A stretch of 64,000 nucleotides of DNA from Mayamaea pseudoterrestris (lineage: Eukaryota), in the NCBI GenBank assembly GCA_027923505.1, contig BROI01000013.1:248001-312000 (forward strand), written 5' to 3'. A program made the translations under genes and the position numbers. Shown here in pieces: positions 24,301-36,945 of this stretch. Position 1 is the stretch's first letter. Each line of letters begins with the position of its first letter. The notes below the pieces were generated by a model that worked only from the letters and a program-made list of their open reading frames with translations, had not been told where the DNA came from and ran no database searches.

Positions 24301-27300
24301 TAGGTGCCCAAAATACACCAGAATGGTGCCAACATCATTATTCAGGCTGCGCTACAAGATGGTAGGCTTGGCTGGTGTCTCAGGGGATGGCAATGTATTT
24401 GGTGACAACTTGTCACCAGTCTCAGCCCGCAGATGCCGTGACATTCAAACGCCCCTACAGCAAGCCCTGTAGGTGCCCAAAATACACCAGAATGGTGCCA
24501 ACATCATTATTCAGGCTGCGCTACAAGATGGTAGGCTTGGCTGGTGTCTCAGGGGATGGCAATGTATTTGGTGACAACTTGTCACCAGTCTCAGCCCGCA
24601 GATGCCGTGACATTCAAAGCCCCTACAGCAAGCCCTGTCGGTGCCCAAATTACACCAGAATGGTGCCAACATCCTTATTCAGGCTGCGCTACAAGATGGT
24701 AGGCTTTACTGGTGTCTCAGGGGATGGCAATGTATTTGGTGACAACTTGTCACCAGTCTCAGCCCGCAGATGCCGTGACATTCAAACGCCCCTACAGCAA
24801 GCCCTGTAGGTGCCCAAAATACACCAGAATGGTGCCAACATCATTATTCAGGCTGCGCTACAAGATGGTAGGCTTGGCTGGTGTCTCAGGGGATGGCAAT
24901 GTATTTGGTGACAACTTGTCACCAGTCTCAGCCCGCAGATGCCGTGACATTCAAACGCCCCTACAGCAAGCCCTGTAGGTGCCCAAAATACACCAGAATG
25001 GTGCCAACATCATTATACAGGCTGTGCTACAAGATAGTAGGCTTGGCTGGTGTATCCGTGGATGGCAATGTATTTGGTGACAACTTGTCACCAGTCTCAG
25101 CCCGCAGATGCCGTGACATTCAAAGCCCATACAGCAAGCCATGTAGGTGCCCAAAATACACCAGAATGGTGCCAACATCATTATTCAGGCTGCGCTACAA
25201 GATGGTAGGCTTGGCTGGTGTCTCAGGGGATGGCAATGTATTTGGTGACAACTTGTCACCAGTCTCAGCCCGCAGATGCCGTGACATTCAAACGCCCCTA
25301 CAGCAGGCCCTGTAGGTGCCCAAATTACACCAGAATGGTGCCAACATCATTATTCAGGCTGCGCTACAGGATGGTAGGCTTGGCTGGTGTCTCAGGGGAT
25401 GGCAATGTATTTGGTGACAACTTGTCACCAGTCTCAGCCCGCAGATGTCGTGACATTCAAACGCCCCTACAGCAAGCCCTGTAGGTGCCCAAAATACACC
25501 AGAATGGTGCCAACATCATTATTCAGGCTGCGCTACAAGATGGTAGGCTTGGCTGGTGTCTCAGGGGATGGCAATGTATTTGGTGACAACTTGTCACCAG
25601 TCTCAGCCCGCAGATGCCGTGACATTCAAACGCCCCTACAGCAGGCCCTGTAGGTGCCCAAAATACACCAGGATGGTGCCAACATCATTATTTAGGCTGC
25701 GCTACAAGATGGTAGGCTTGGCTGGTGTCTCAGGTTATGGCAATGTATTTGGTGACAACTTGTCACCAGTCTCAGCCAGCAGATGGCGTGACATTCAAAC
25801 GCCCCTACAGCAAGCCCTGTAGGTGCCCAAAATACACCAGAATGGTGCCAACATCATTATTCAGGCTGCGCTACAAGATGGTAAGCTTGGCTGGTGTCTC
25901 AGGGGATGGCAATGTATTTGGTGACAACTTGTCACCAGTCTCAGCCCGCAGATGCCGTGACATTCAACCCCCCTACAGCAGGCCCTGTAGGTGCCTGAAT
26001 TACACGAGAATGGTGCCAACATCATTGTTCATGCTGCGCCACAAGATGGTAGGCTAGGCTGGTGTCTCAGGGGATGACAATGTATTTGGTGACAACGTGT
26101 CACCAGTCTCAGCCCGCAGAAGCCGTGACATTCAACCCCCCTACAGCAGGCCCTGTAGGTGCCCAAATTACACCAGAATGGTGCCAACATCATTATTCAT
26201 GCTGCGCTACAAGATGGTAGGCTTGGCTGGTGTCTCAGGGGATGGCAATGTATTTGGTGACAACTTGTCACCAGTCTCAGCCCGCAGATGTTGTGACATT
26301 CAAAGCCACTACAGCAAGCTCTGTAGATGCCCAACATACACCAGAATGGTGCCAACATCATTATTCAGGCTGCGCTACAAGTTGGTAAGCTTGGATGGTG
26401 TCTCAGGGGATGGCAATGTATTTGGTGACAACTTGTCACCAGTCTCAGCCCGCAGATGCCGTGATTCAAACGCCCTACAGCAGGTTGCAAATTACACCAG
26501 AATGGTGCCAACATATTATTCAGGCTGCGCCACAAGGCTGGTGTCCTCATGACAATGTATTTGGTGACAACGTGTCACCAGTCTCAGCCCGCAGAAGCCG
26601 TGACATTCAACCCCCCTACAGCAGGCCCTGTAGGTGCCCAAATTACACCAGAATGGTGCCAACATCATTATTCAGGCTGCGCTACAGGATGGTAGGCTTG
26701 GCTGGTGTCTCAGGGGATGGCAATGTATTTGGTGACAACTTGTCACCATGCCCGCAGATGCTAGCCATTGACCCCTCTACAGCAGCCCTGTGGTGCGAAT
26801 TACACGAGAATGGTGCCAACATCATTATTCAGGCTGCGCTACAAGATGGTAGGCTTGGCTGGTGTATCCATGGATGGCAATGTATTTGGTGACAACTTGT
26901 CACCAGTCTCAGCCCGCAGATGCCGTGACATTCAACCCCCCTACAGCAGGCCCTGTAGGTGCCCAAATTACACCAGAATGGTGTCAACATCATTATTCAG
27001 GCTGCGCTACAAGTTGGTAAGCTTGGATGGTGTCTCAGGGGATGGCAATGTATTTGGTGACAACTTGTCACCAGTCTCAGCCCGCAGATGCCGTGACATT
27101 CAAAGCCCCTGCAGCAAGCCCTGTAGATGCCCAACATACACCAGAATGATGCCAACATCATGAATCAGGCTGCGCTACAAGATGGTAGGCTTGGCTGGTG
27201 TCTCAGGGGATGGCAATGTATTTGGTGACAACTTGTCACCAGTCTCAGCCAGCAGATACCATGACATTCAAACGCCCCTACAGCAAGCCCTGTAGGTGCC

Positions 27301-27422
27301 CAAAATACACCAGAATGGTGCCAACATCATTATTCAGGCTTTGCTACGAGATGGTAGTCTTGGCTTGTGTCTCAGGGGATGGCAATGTATTTGGTGACAA
27401 CTTGTCACCAGTCTCAGCCCGC
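12303..27422. repeat. Satellite A main array (169-bp unit), about 89 copies by length
   Basis: Monomer GGTGTCTCAGGGGATGGCAATGTATTTGGTGACAACTTGTCACCAGTCTCAGCCCGCAGATGCCGTGACATTCAAACGCCCCTACAGCAAGCCCTGTAGG... The ORF track repeats every 169 bp (20486, 20655, 20824, 20993). Confidence 0.98.
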
Positions 27423-30400
27423 TGAAAATCTCAACCTTTGACTTTGTCAAACATCTTATCCTGATTGCCATGGCATGCTCAGAATTATGCTAGCAAGGTT
27501 GGATCATCTTTTAACTCCCAACTGAAACGTTGCTGTGTTTAGAACATGGAACACCCTACTTGTTTCAGTCTCAATCACATCACAGCCACTGCTGGAATTG
27601 CTGCTGTTTTCAAAGTTCCAAGTTTTGTACCTTGTCAAGCACCTACTGCGGATTGCAGTAGCAGGTTCAGATTCTTGGTGGCCAGGTTGCATCACTATAC
27701 TAGTCCCATCTGAAACTTTGACATTGTGGAACCTACTTGCTGTATTCACGCACAGCCACTGGCTGACGGGTTTCCAAATTTGAACATCTCAACCTTTGAC
27801 TTTGTCAAACATCTTATCCTGATTGCCATGGCATGCTCAGAATCATGCTAGCAAGGTTGGATCATCACATAAATCCCAACTGAAACTTTGCTGTGTTTGG
27901 CACATGGAACACCCTACTTGTTTCAGTCTCAGTCACACCACAGCCACTGCCAGAATTGCTGCTGTTTTTCAAAGTTCCAAGTTTTGGACCTTGTCAAGCA
28001 CCTTCTGCGGATTGCAGTAGCAGGTTCAGATTCTTGGTGGCCAGGTTGCATCTCACTATACAAATCCCATCTGAAACTTTGACATGGTGGAACCACTTGG
28101 AGGACCTTACTTGCTATATTTATGCATAGCCACTGGCTGACAGGTTTCCAATTTGGAACATCTCAACATTTAACTTCATCAAACATCTTATCCTGATTGC
28201 CATGGCATGCTCAGAATCATGCTAGCAAGGTTGGATCCTCACATAAATCCCAACTGAAACTTTGCTGTTTTTTGCACATGTAACACCCTACTTGTTTCAG
28301 TCTCAGTCACACCTCAGCCACTGCCAGAATTGCTGCTGTTTTTCAAAGTTCCAAGCCGTGGACCTTTTCAAGCACCCTCTGCGGATTGCAGTAGCAGGTT
28401 CAGATTCTTAATGGCCAGGTTGCTTCACTATTCAAGTCCCATCTGAAACTTTGACGTGGTGGAACCACTTGGAGGAACCAACTTGCTATATTCACCCATG
28501 ACCACTGGCTGACTGGCTTCCAAATTTGAACATCTCAACCCTTGATTTTGTCAAACAGCTTATCCTGATTGCCATGGCATGCTCAGAATCATGCTAGCAA
28601 GGTTGGATCCTCACATAAATCCCAACTGAAACTTTGCTGTGTTTGGCACATGTAACACCCTACTTGTTTCAGTCTCAGTCACACCTCAGCCACTGCCAGA
28701 ATTGTTTATAGTTCCAAGCCTTGCACCTTGTCAAGTACCCTCTGCGGATTGCAGTAGCAGGTTCAGATTCTTGCTGGCCAGGTTGCATCACTATACAAGT
28801 CCCACCTGAAACTTTGACTTGACGGAACCACTTGGAGGAACCTACTTGCTATATTTACGCATGACCACTGGCTGACGGGCTTCCAAAATGGAACAACTCA
28901 ACCTTTGACTTTGTCAAACATCTAATCCTGATTGTCATGGCATGCTCAGAATCATGCTAGCAAGGTTGGATCATCACATAAAACCCAACTGAAACTTTGC
29001 TGTGTCTGGCACATGGATCACCTTACTTGTTTCAGTCTCAGCCACACCTCAGCCACTGCCAGAATTGCTGCTGTTTTCAAAGTTCCAAGTTTTGGACCTT
29101 GTCAAGCACCTTCTGCGGATTGCAGTAGCAGGTTCAGATTCTTGGTGGCCAGGTTGCATCACTATTCCAGTCTCATCTGAAACTTTGATGTGGTGGAACC
29201 ACATGGAGGAACCTACTTGCTAAATTTACGCATGAACACTGGCTGACTGGCTTCCAAATTGGAACATCTCAACCTTTGACATTGTCAAACATCTAATCCT
29301 GATTGCCATAGCATGCTCAGAATCATGCTAGCAAGGTTGGATCATCACATAAATCCCCACTGAAACTTTGCTGTATTTGGCACATGGAACACCCTACTTG
29401 TTTCAGTCTTAGTCGCCCCTCAGCCACTGCCAGAATTTTTTAAAGTTCCAATCTTTGGACCTTGTCAAGTACCCTCTGCGAATTGGAGTAGCAGGTTCAG
29501 ATTCTTGGTGGCCAGGTTGCATCACTATACAAGTCCCATCTGAAACTTTGAAGTGGTGGAACCACGTAAAGGAACCTACTTGCTATATTTATGCATGACC
29601 ACTGGCTGACTGGCTTCCAAATTAGAACATCTCCACCTTTGACTTTGTCAAACATCTAATCCTGATTGCCATGGCATGCTCAGAATCATGCTAGCAAGGT
29701 TGGATCATCACATAAATCCCAACTGAAACTTTGCTGTGTTTGGCACATGGAACACCCTACTTGTTTCAGTCTCAGTCACACCTCAGCCACTGCCAAAACT
29801 GCTGCTGTGTTCAAAGTTCCAAGCCTTGGACCTTGTGAAGCACCCTCTGCGGATTGCAGTAGCAGGTTCAGATTCTTGGTGGCCAGGTTGCATCACTATA
29901 CAAATCCCATCTGAAACTTTGATGTGGTGGAACCACTTGGAGGACCTTACTTGCTATATTCACCCATGAACACTGGCTGACTGGCTTCCAAATTGGAACA
30001 TCTCAACCTTTGACTTTGTCAAACATCTAATCCTGATTGCCATGGCATGCTCAGAATCATGCTAGCAAGGTTGGATCATCACATAAATCCCCACTGAAAC
30101 TTTGCTGTGTTTGGCACATGGAACACCCTACTTGTTACAGTCTCAGTCACACCTCAGCCACTGCCAGAATAGCTGCTGTTTTCAAAGTTCCAAGCCTTGG
30201 AACCTGTCAAGCACCTTCTGCAGATTGCAGTAGCAGGTTCAGATTCTTGGTGGCCAGGTTGCATCACTATACAAGTCCCATCTGAAACTTTGATGTGGTG
30301 GAACCACTTAAAGTAACCAACTTGCTATATTTACGCATGACCACTGGCTGACTGACTTCCAAATTGGAACATCTCAACCTTTGACTTTGTCAAACATCTT

Positions 30401-30916
30401 ATTCTGATTGCCATGGCATGCTCAGAATCATGCTAGCAAGGTTGGATCATCACATAAATCCCAACTGAAACTTTGCTGTGTTTGGCACATGGAACACCCT
30501 ACTTGTTTCAGTCTCAGTCACACCTCAGCCACTGCCAGAATTGCTGCTGTTTTCAAAGTTCCAAGCCTTGGACCCTGTCAAGCACCTTCTGGGGATTGCA
30601 GTAGCATGTTCAACACGTGGTGCAGTTCATACAATCATGAAACTTTGCGTGGTGGAACCACTTCGAACCTACTTGCTTTCAGATGCAATTACTGTCTGCC
30701 ACTTGTCAACCATCTATCTGATTGTGCATGCTCAGAATATTTAGCAAGGTTGGATCATCACATAAATCCCAACTGACTTGCTGTGTTGCACATGAACACC
30801 TACTTTTTCAGTCTCAGTCACCTCTCCTCAGCCACTGCCAGAATTGCTGCTGTTTTTCAAAGTTCCAAGCTTGACCTGTCAAGCACCTTCGATGCTAGGT
30901 TCAGATTCTTGCTGGC
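27423..30916. repeat. Satellite B block 2, about 9-10 copies
   Basis: Same 371-bp monomer; ORF track spacing 29666, 30037, 30408. Confidence 0.95.
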
Positions 30917-30919
30917 CCT

Positions 30920-32800
30920 TAGGTGCAAATCACCAGAATGGCAACTCAGTATTGCTGCGCTACAGATGTAGCTTGGCTGGTGTCTCAGGGATGCAACTGT
31001 ATTTGGTGACAACTTCACCAGTCTCAAGTGATTAAACCCCTACAGCAAGCCTGTAGGTGCCGCAAATACACAATGGTGCCAACATCATTATTCAGGCTGC
31101 GCTACAAGATGGTAGGCTTGGCTGGTGTCTCAGGGTATGGCAATGTATTTGGTGACAACTTGTCACTCAGCCACCCGCAGATGCCGTGACATTCAAACGC
31201 CCCTACAGCAAGCCCTGTAGGTGCCCAAATTACACCAGAATGGTGCCAACATCATTATTCAGGCTGCGCTACAGGATGGTAGGCTTGGCTGGTGTCTCAG
31301 GGGATGGCAATGTATTTGGTGACAACTTGTCACCAGTCTCAGCCCGCAGATGCCGTGACATTCAACCCCCCTACAGCAAGCCCTGTAGGTGCCTAAATTA
31401 CACCAGAATGGTGTCAACATCATTATTCAGGCTGCGCTACAAGTTGGTAAGCTTGGATGGTGTCTCAGGGGATGGCAATGTATTTGGTGACAACTTGTCA
31501 CCAGTCTCAGCCCGCAGATGCCGTGACATTCAACCCCCCTACAGCAGGCCCTGTAGGTGCCTGAATTACACGAGAATGGTGCCAACATCATTATTCAGGC
31601 TGCGCTACAAGATGGTAGGCTTGGCTGGTGTCTCAGGGGATGGCAATGTATTTGGTGACAACTTGTCACCAGTCTCAGCCCGCAGATGCCGTGACATTCA
31701 AAGCCCCTGCAGCAAGCCCTGAAGATGCCCAACATACACCAGAATGGTGCCAACATCATTATTCAGGCTGCGCTACAAGATGGTAGGCTTTCTATGTATT
31801 TGGTGACAACTTGTCACCAGTCTCGCCCGCAGATGTCGTGACATTCGCCCCTACAGCAAGCCCTGTAGGTGCCCAAACAGGGACAGAAGGTGCCACATCA
31901 TTATTCAGCTGCTTTACTGATGTGTCTCAGGGGATGGCAATGTGACTTGTCACCAGTCTCAGCCCGCAGATGCCGTGACATTCAAATGCCCCTACAGCAG
32001 GCCCTGTAGGTGCCCCAAATTACACCAGAATGGTGCCAACATCATTATTCAGGCTGCGCTACAAGTATGGTAAGCTTGGCTGGTGTCTCAGGGGATGGCA
32101 ATGTATTTGGTGACAACTTGTCACCAGTCTCAGCCCCAGATGCCGTGACATTCAACCCCCTACAGCAGGCCCTGTAGGTGCCCGAATTACACCAGAATGG
32201 TGCCAACATCATTATTCAGGCTGCCGCAAGATGGTAGCTTGGCTGGTGTCTCAGGGGATGGCAATGTGTTGGTGACAACTTGTCACCAGTCTCAGCACAG
32301 ATGCCGTGACATTCAACCCGCTACAGCAGGCCCTGTAGGTGCCCAAATTACAGCCAGAATGGTGCCAACATCATTATTCAGGCTGCGCTACAGTATGGTA
32401 GCTGGTCTGTGTCTCAGGGGATGGCAATGTATTTGCTGACAGCTTGTCACCAGTCTCAGCCCGCAAATGCCGTGACATTCAGACACACCTACAGCAGGCC
32501 CTGTAGATGCCCAAATTACACCAGAATGGTGCCAACATCATTATTCAGGCTGCGCTACAAGATGGTAGGCTTGGCTGGTGTCTCAGGGGATGGCAATGTA
32601 TTTGGTGACAACTTGTCACCAGTCTCAGCCCGCTGAAAATCTCAACCTTGACGTCACGCAGATGCCAGTGACATTCAGCTTGCAGGGCCGGGTGCCACAT
32701 ACACCAGAATGGTGCCAACAATTCATGGATGGTGGCCTTGGCTTTGTCTCAGATGGCAATATATTTGGTGACAACTTGTCACCAGTCTTCAGCCGCAGAC
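30920..32800. repeat. Satellite A second array, about 10 copies, noisy
   Basis: 169-bp monomers with many indels, ending in the same A-to-B junction as seen at 27422. Confidence 0.9.
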
Positions 32801-32809
32801 CTGCCAAAT

Positions 32810-35800
32810 TAACCTCTCAGCCTTGACTTTCCCTCTTATCCTGATTGCCATGGCATGCTCAGAATCATGCCAACAGGTTGATCATCATAAATCCCAACTG
32901 AAACTTTGCTACGTGTGTTGGCACATGGAACACCCTACTTGTTTCAGTCTCACGCCAGCAGATAGCGCTTCAAAGTTCCAAGCCCTACAGCACCTTGTGG
33001 TTGCCAAGTAGCAGCAGAATCGGTGGCCAAGTGCATCATATACAGACCCATCTGCTTTGAGTGGCTTGGATGGAATGTACTTGGTGCATTACGCTCACCA
33101 CTGCTGACGGGTTTCCAAATTTGAACAGCTCAACCTTTGACTTTGTCAAACATCTTATCCTGATTGCCATGGCATGCTCAGAATCATGCTAGCAAGGTTG
33201 GATCATCTTTACTATCCCAACTGAAACGTTGCTGTGTTTAGAACATGGAACACCCTACTTGTTTCAGTCTCAATCACATCACAGCCACTGCTGGAATTGC
33301 TGCTGTTTTCAAAGTTCCAAGTTTTGTACCTTGTCAAGCACCTACTGCGGATTGCAGTAGCAGGTTCAGATTCTTAATGGCCAGGTTGCATCACTATACT
33401 AATCCCATCTGAAACTTTGACATTGTGGAACCTACTTGCTGTATTCACGCACAGCCACTGGCTGACGGGTTTCCAAATTTGAACATCTCAACCTTTGACT
33501 TTGTCAAACATCTTATCCTGATTGCCATGGCATGCTCAGAATCATGCTAGCAAGGTTGGATCATCACATAAATCCCAACTGAAACTTTGCTGTGTTTGGC
33601 ACATGGAACACCCTACTTGTTTCAGTCTCAGTCACACCACAGCCACTGCCAGAATTGCTGCTGTTTTTCAAAGTTCCAAGTTTTGGACCTTGTCAAGCAC
33701 CTTCTGTGGATTGCAGTAGCAGGTTCAGATTCATGGTGGCCAGGTTGCATCTCACTATACAAATCCCATCTGAAACTTTGACATGGTGGAACCACTTGGA
33801 GGAACCAACTTGCTATATTTACGCATAGCCACTGGCTGACAGGTTTCCAATTTGGAACATCTCAACATTTAACTTCATTAAACATCTTATCCTGATTGCC
33901 ATGGCATGCTCAGAATCATGCTAGCAAGGTTGGATCCTCACATAAATCCCAACTGAAACTTTGCTGTTTTTTGCACATGTAACACCCTACTTGTTTCAGT
34001 CTCAGTCACACCTCAGCCACTGCCAGAATTGCTGCTGTTTTTCAAAGTTCCAAGCCTTGGACCTTGTGAAGCACCCTCTGCGGATTGCAGTAGCAGGTTC
34101 AGATTCTTGGTGGCCAGGTTGCATCACTATACAAGTCCCATCTGAAACTTTGATGTGGTGGAACCACTTGGAGTAACCAACTTGCTATATTTACGCATGA
34201 CCACTGGCTGACTGACTTCCAAATTGGAACATCTCAACCTTTGACTTTGTCAAACATCTTATCCTGATTGCCATGGCATGCTCAGAATCATGCTAGCAAG
34301 GTTGGATCATCACATAAATCCCAACTGAAACTTTGCTGTGTTTGGCACATGGAACACCCTACATGTGTCAGTCTCAGTCACACCTCAGCCACTGCCAGAA
34401 TTGCTGCTGTTTTCAAAGTTCCAAGCCTTGGACCCTGTCAAGCACCTTCTGCGGATTGCAGTAGCATGTTCAGATTCTTGGTGGCCAGGTTGCATCACTA
34501 TACAAGTCCCATCTGAAACTTTGACGTGGTGGAACCACTTGGAGGAACCTACTTGCTATATTTACAAATGAACACTGGCTGACTGGCTTCCAAATTGGAA
34601 CATCTCAACCTTTGACTTTGTCAACCATCTAATCCTGATTGCCATGGCATGCTCAGAATCATGCTAGCAAGGTTGGATCATCACATAAATCCCAACTGAA
34701 CCTTTGCTGTGTTTGGCACATGGAACACCCTACTTGTTTCAGTCTCAGTCGCACCTCAGCCACTGCCAGAATTGCTGCTGTTTTCAAAGTTCCAAGCCTT
34801 GTACCTTGTCAAGCACCTTCTGCGGATTGCAGTAGCAGGTTCAGATTCTTGCTGGCCAGGTTGCATCACTATACAAGTCCCATCTGAAACTTTGACGTGG
34901 TGGAACCACTTGGAGGAACCTACTTGCTATATTTACGCTTAACCATTGGCTGACTGACTATCAAATTGGAACATCTCAACCTTTGACTTTGTCAAATATC
35001 TTATTCTGATTGCCATGGCATGCTCAGAATCATGCTAGCAAGGTTGGATCATCACCTAAATCCCAACTGAAACTTTGCTGTGTTTGGCACATGGAACACC
35101 CTACTTGTTTCAGTCTCAGTCACACCTCAGCCACTGCCAGAATTGCTGCTGTTTTCAAAGTTCTAAGCCTTGGAACCTGTCAAGCACCTTCTGGGGATTG
35201 CAGTAGCATGTTCAAATTCTTGGTGGCCAGGTTGCATCACTATACAAGTCCCATCTGAAACTTTGACGTGGTGGAACCACTTGGAGGAACCTACTTGCTA
35301 TATTTACGCTTAACCATTGGCTGACTGACTTCCAAATTGGAACATCTCAACCTTTGACTTTGTCAAATATCTTATTCTGATTGCCATGGCATGCTCAGAA
35401 TCATGCTAGCAAGGTTGGATCATCACATAAATCCCAACTGAAACTTTGCTGTGTTTGGCACATGGAACACCCTACTTGTTTCAGTCTCAGTCACACCACA
35501 GCCACTGCCAGAATTGCTGCTGTTTTCAAAGTTCCAAGCCTTGAAACCTGTCAAGCACCTTCTGCGGATTGCAGTAGCATGTTCAGATTCTTGGTGGCCA
35601 GGTTGCATCACTATACAATACCCATCTGAAACGTTGACGTGGTGGAACCACTTGGAGGAACCAACTTGCTATATTTATGCATTGCCACTGGCTGACGGGC
35701 TTCCAAATTGAAACATCTCAACCTTTGACTTTGTCAAACATCTTATCCTGATTGCCATGGCATGCTCAGAATCATGCTAGCAAGGTTGGATCATCACATA

Positions 35801-36512
35801 AAACCCAACTGAAACATTGCTGTGTTTGGGCGCATGGAACACCGTACTTGTTTCAGTCTGAATTGCTGCTGTTTTCAAAGTTCCAAGCCTTGGACCTTGT
35901 CAAGCACCCTCTTCGGATTGCAGTAGCAGGTTCAGATTCTTAATGGCCAGGTTGCTTCACTATTCAAGTCCCATCTGAAACTTTGACGTAGTGGAACCAC
36001 TTGGAGGAACCAACTTGCTATATTCACCCATGACCACTGGCTGACTGGCTTCCAAATTTGAACACCTCAACCTTTGATTTTGTCAAACAGCTTATCCTGA
36101 TTGCCATGGCATGCTCAGAATCATGCTAGCAAGGTTGGATCATCACATAAATTCCAACTGAAACTTTGCTGTGATTGGCACATGGAACACCCTACATGTT
36201 TCAGTCTCAGTTGCACCTCAGCCACTGCCAGAATTGTTTAAAGTTCCAAGCCTTGCATTTTGTCAAGTACCCTCTGCGGATTGCAGTAGCAGGTTCAGAT
36301 TCTTGGTGGCCAGGTTGCATCACTATACAAGTCCCATCTGAAACTTTGACGTGACGGAACCACTTGGAGGAACCTACTTGCTATATTTATGCATGACCAC
36401 TGGATGACTGGCTTCCAAATTAGAAAATCTCAACCTTTGACTTTGTCAAACATCTTATCCTGATTGCCATGGCATGCTCAGAATCATGCTAGCAAGGTTG
36501 GATCATCACATG
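32810..36512. repeat. Satellite B block 3, about 10 copies
   Basis: ORF track spacing of exactly 371 (34268, 34639, 35010, 35381, 35752). Confidence 0.95.
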
Positions 36513-36634
36513 CACCAACTTGAGACTTTACCAGATACCATCATTAACACACCAAGCCCAATGGTCCTGGCTCTTCATTCTGTTGCACAAAGTCAACTGC
36601 AGTCACTCAAGTCCAGAACTTCATTAGATAATAT

Positions 36635-36945
36635 CAGCAAAAATGGATGGAAATGGACTACAGGGTGTATTGTTAGGGTGCCAGACTGCAGCACCATGAG
36701 GATGGTTACTCTTTGGACATCTGCCCTCCCATATATTCTGGCTACCAGTAAGCTTCAGATGAGGTAGCTGTGCCAATCTCATAGCAGACTAGTCCCAAAG
36801 CATAGCCAGCAAAAAATGGATGGAAATGGACTACAGGGTGTATTGTTAGGGTGCCAGACTGCAGCACCATGAGGATGGTTACGCTTTGGACATCTACCCT
36901 CCCATAGATTCCAGGCTACAGGTGAGCTTCAGATGAGGTACAGCT
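36635..36945. repeat. Tandem repeat D, 173-bp period, about 1.8 copies
   Basis: ATGGATGGAAATGGACTACAGGGTGTATTGTTAGGGTGCCAGACTGCAGCACCATGAGGATGGTTAC starts at 36643 and 36816. Confidence 0.9.

Noticed and set aside
12303..27422. CRISPR-like array with palindromic repeats
   Set aside because: The sequence between palindromes is the same in every unit, so there are no unique spacers. There are no cas genes and the context is eukaryotic.
12313..27425. Dozens of repeated 66-150 aa ORFs (MSQGMAMYLVTTCH...)
   Set aside because: The 169-bp unit is not a multiple of 3, stops recur every few monomers in each frame, and indels are tolerated. These are translation artefacts of satellite A.
10307..36512. 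Hammerhead-ribozyme satellite or retrozyme
   Set aside because: I could not find the CUGANGA plus GAAA core on either strand of the A or B consensus. Other ribozyme classes would need an Infernal/Rfam search.
27504..36767. Repeated ORFs MPWHAQNHASK... and MFGTWNTLL...
   Set aside because: The 371-bp unit is not a multiple of 3 and variants freely create stops, so this is non-coding satellite B.
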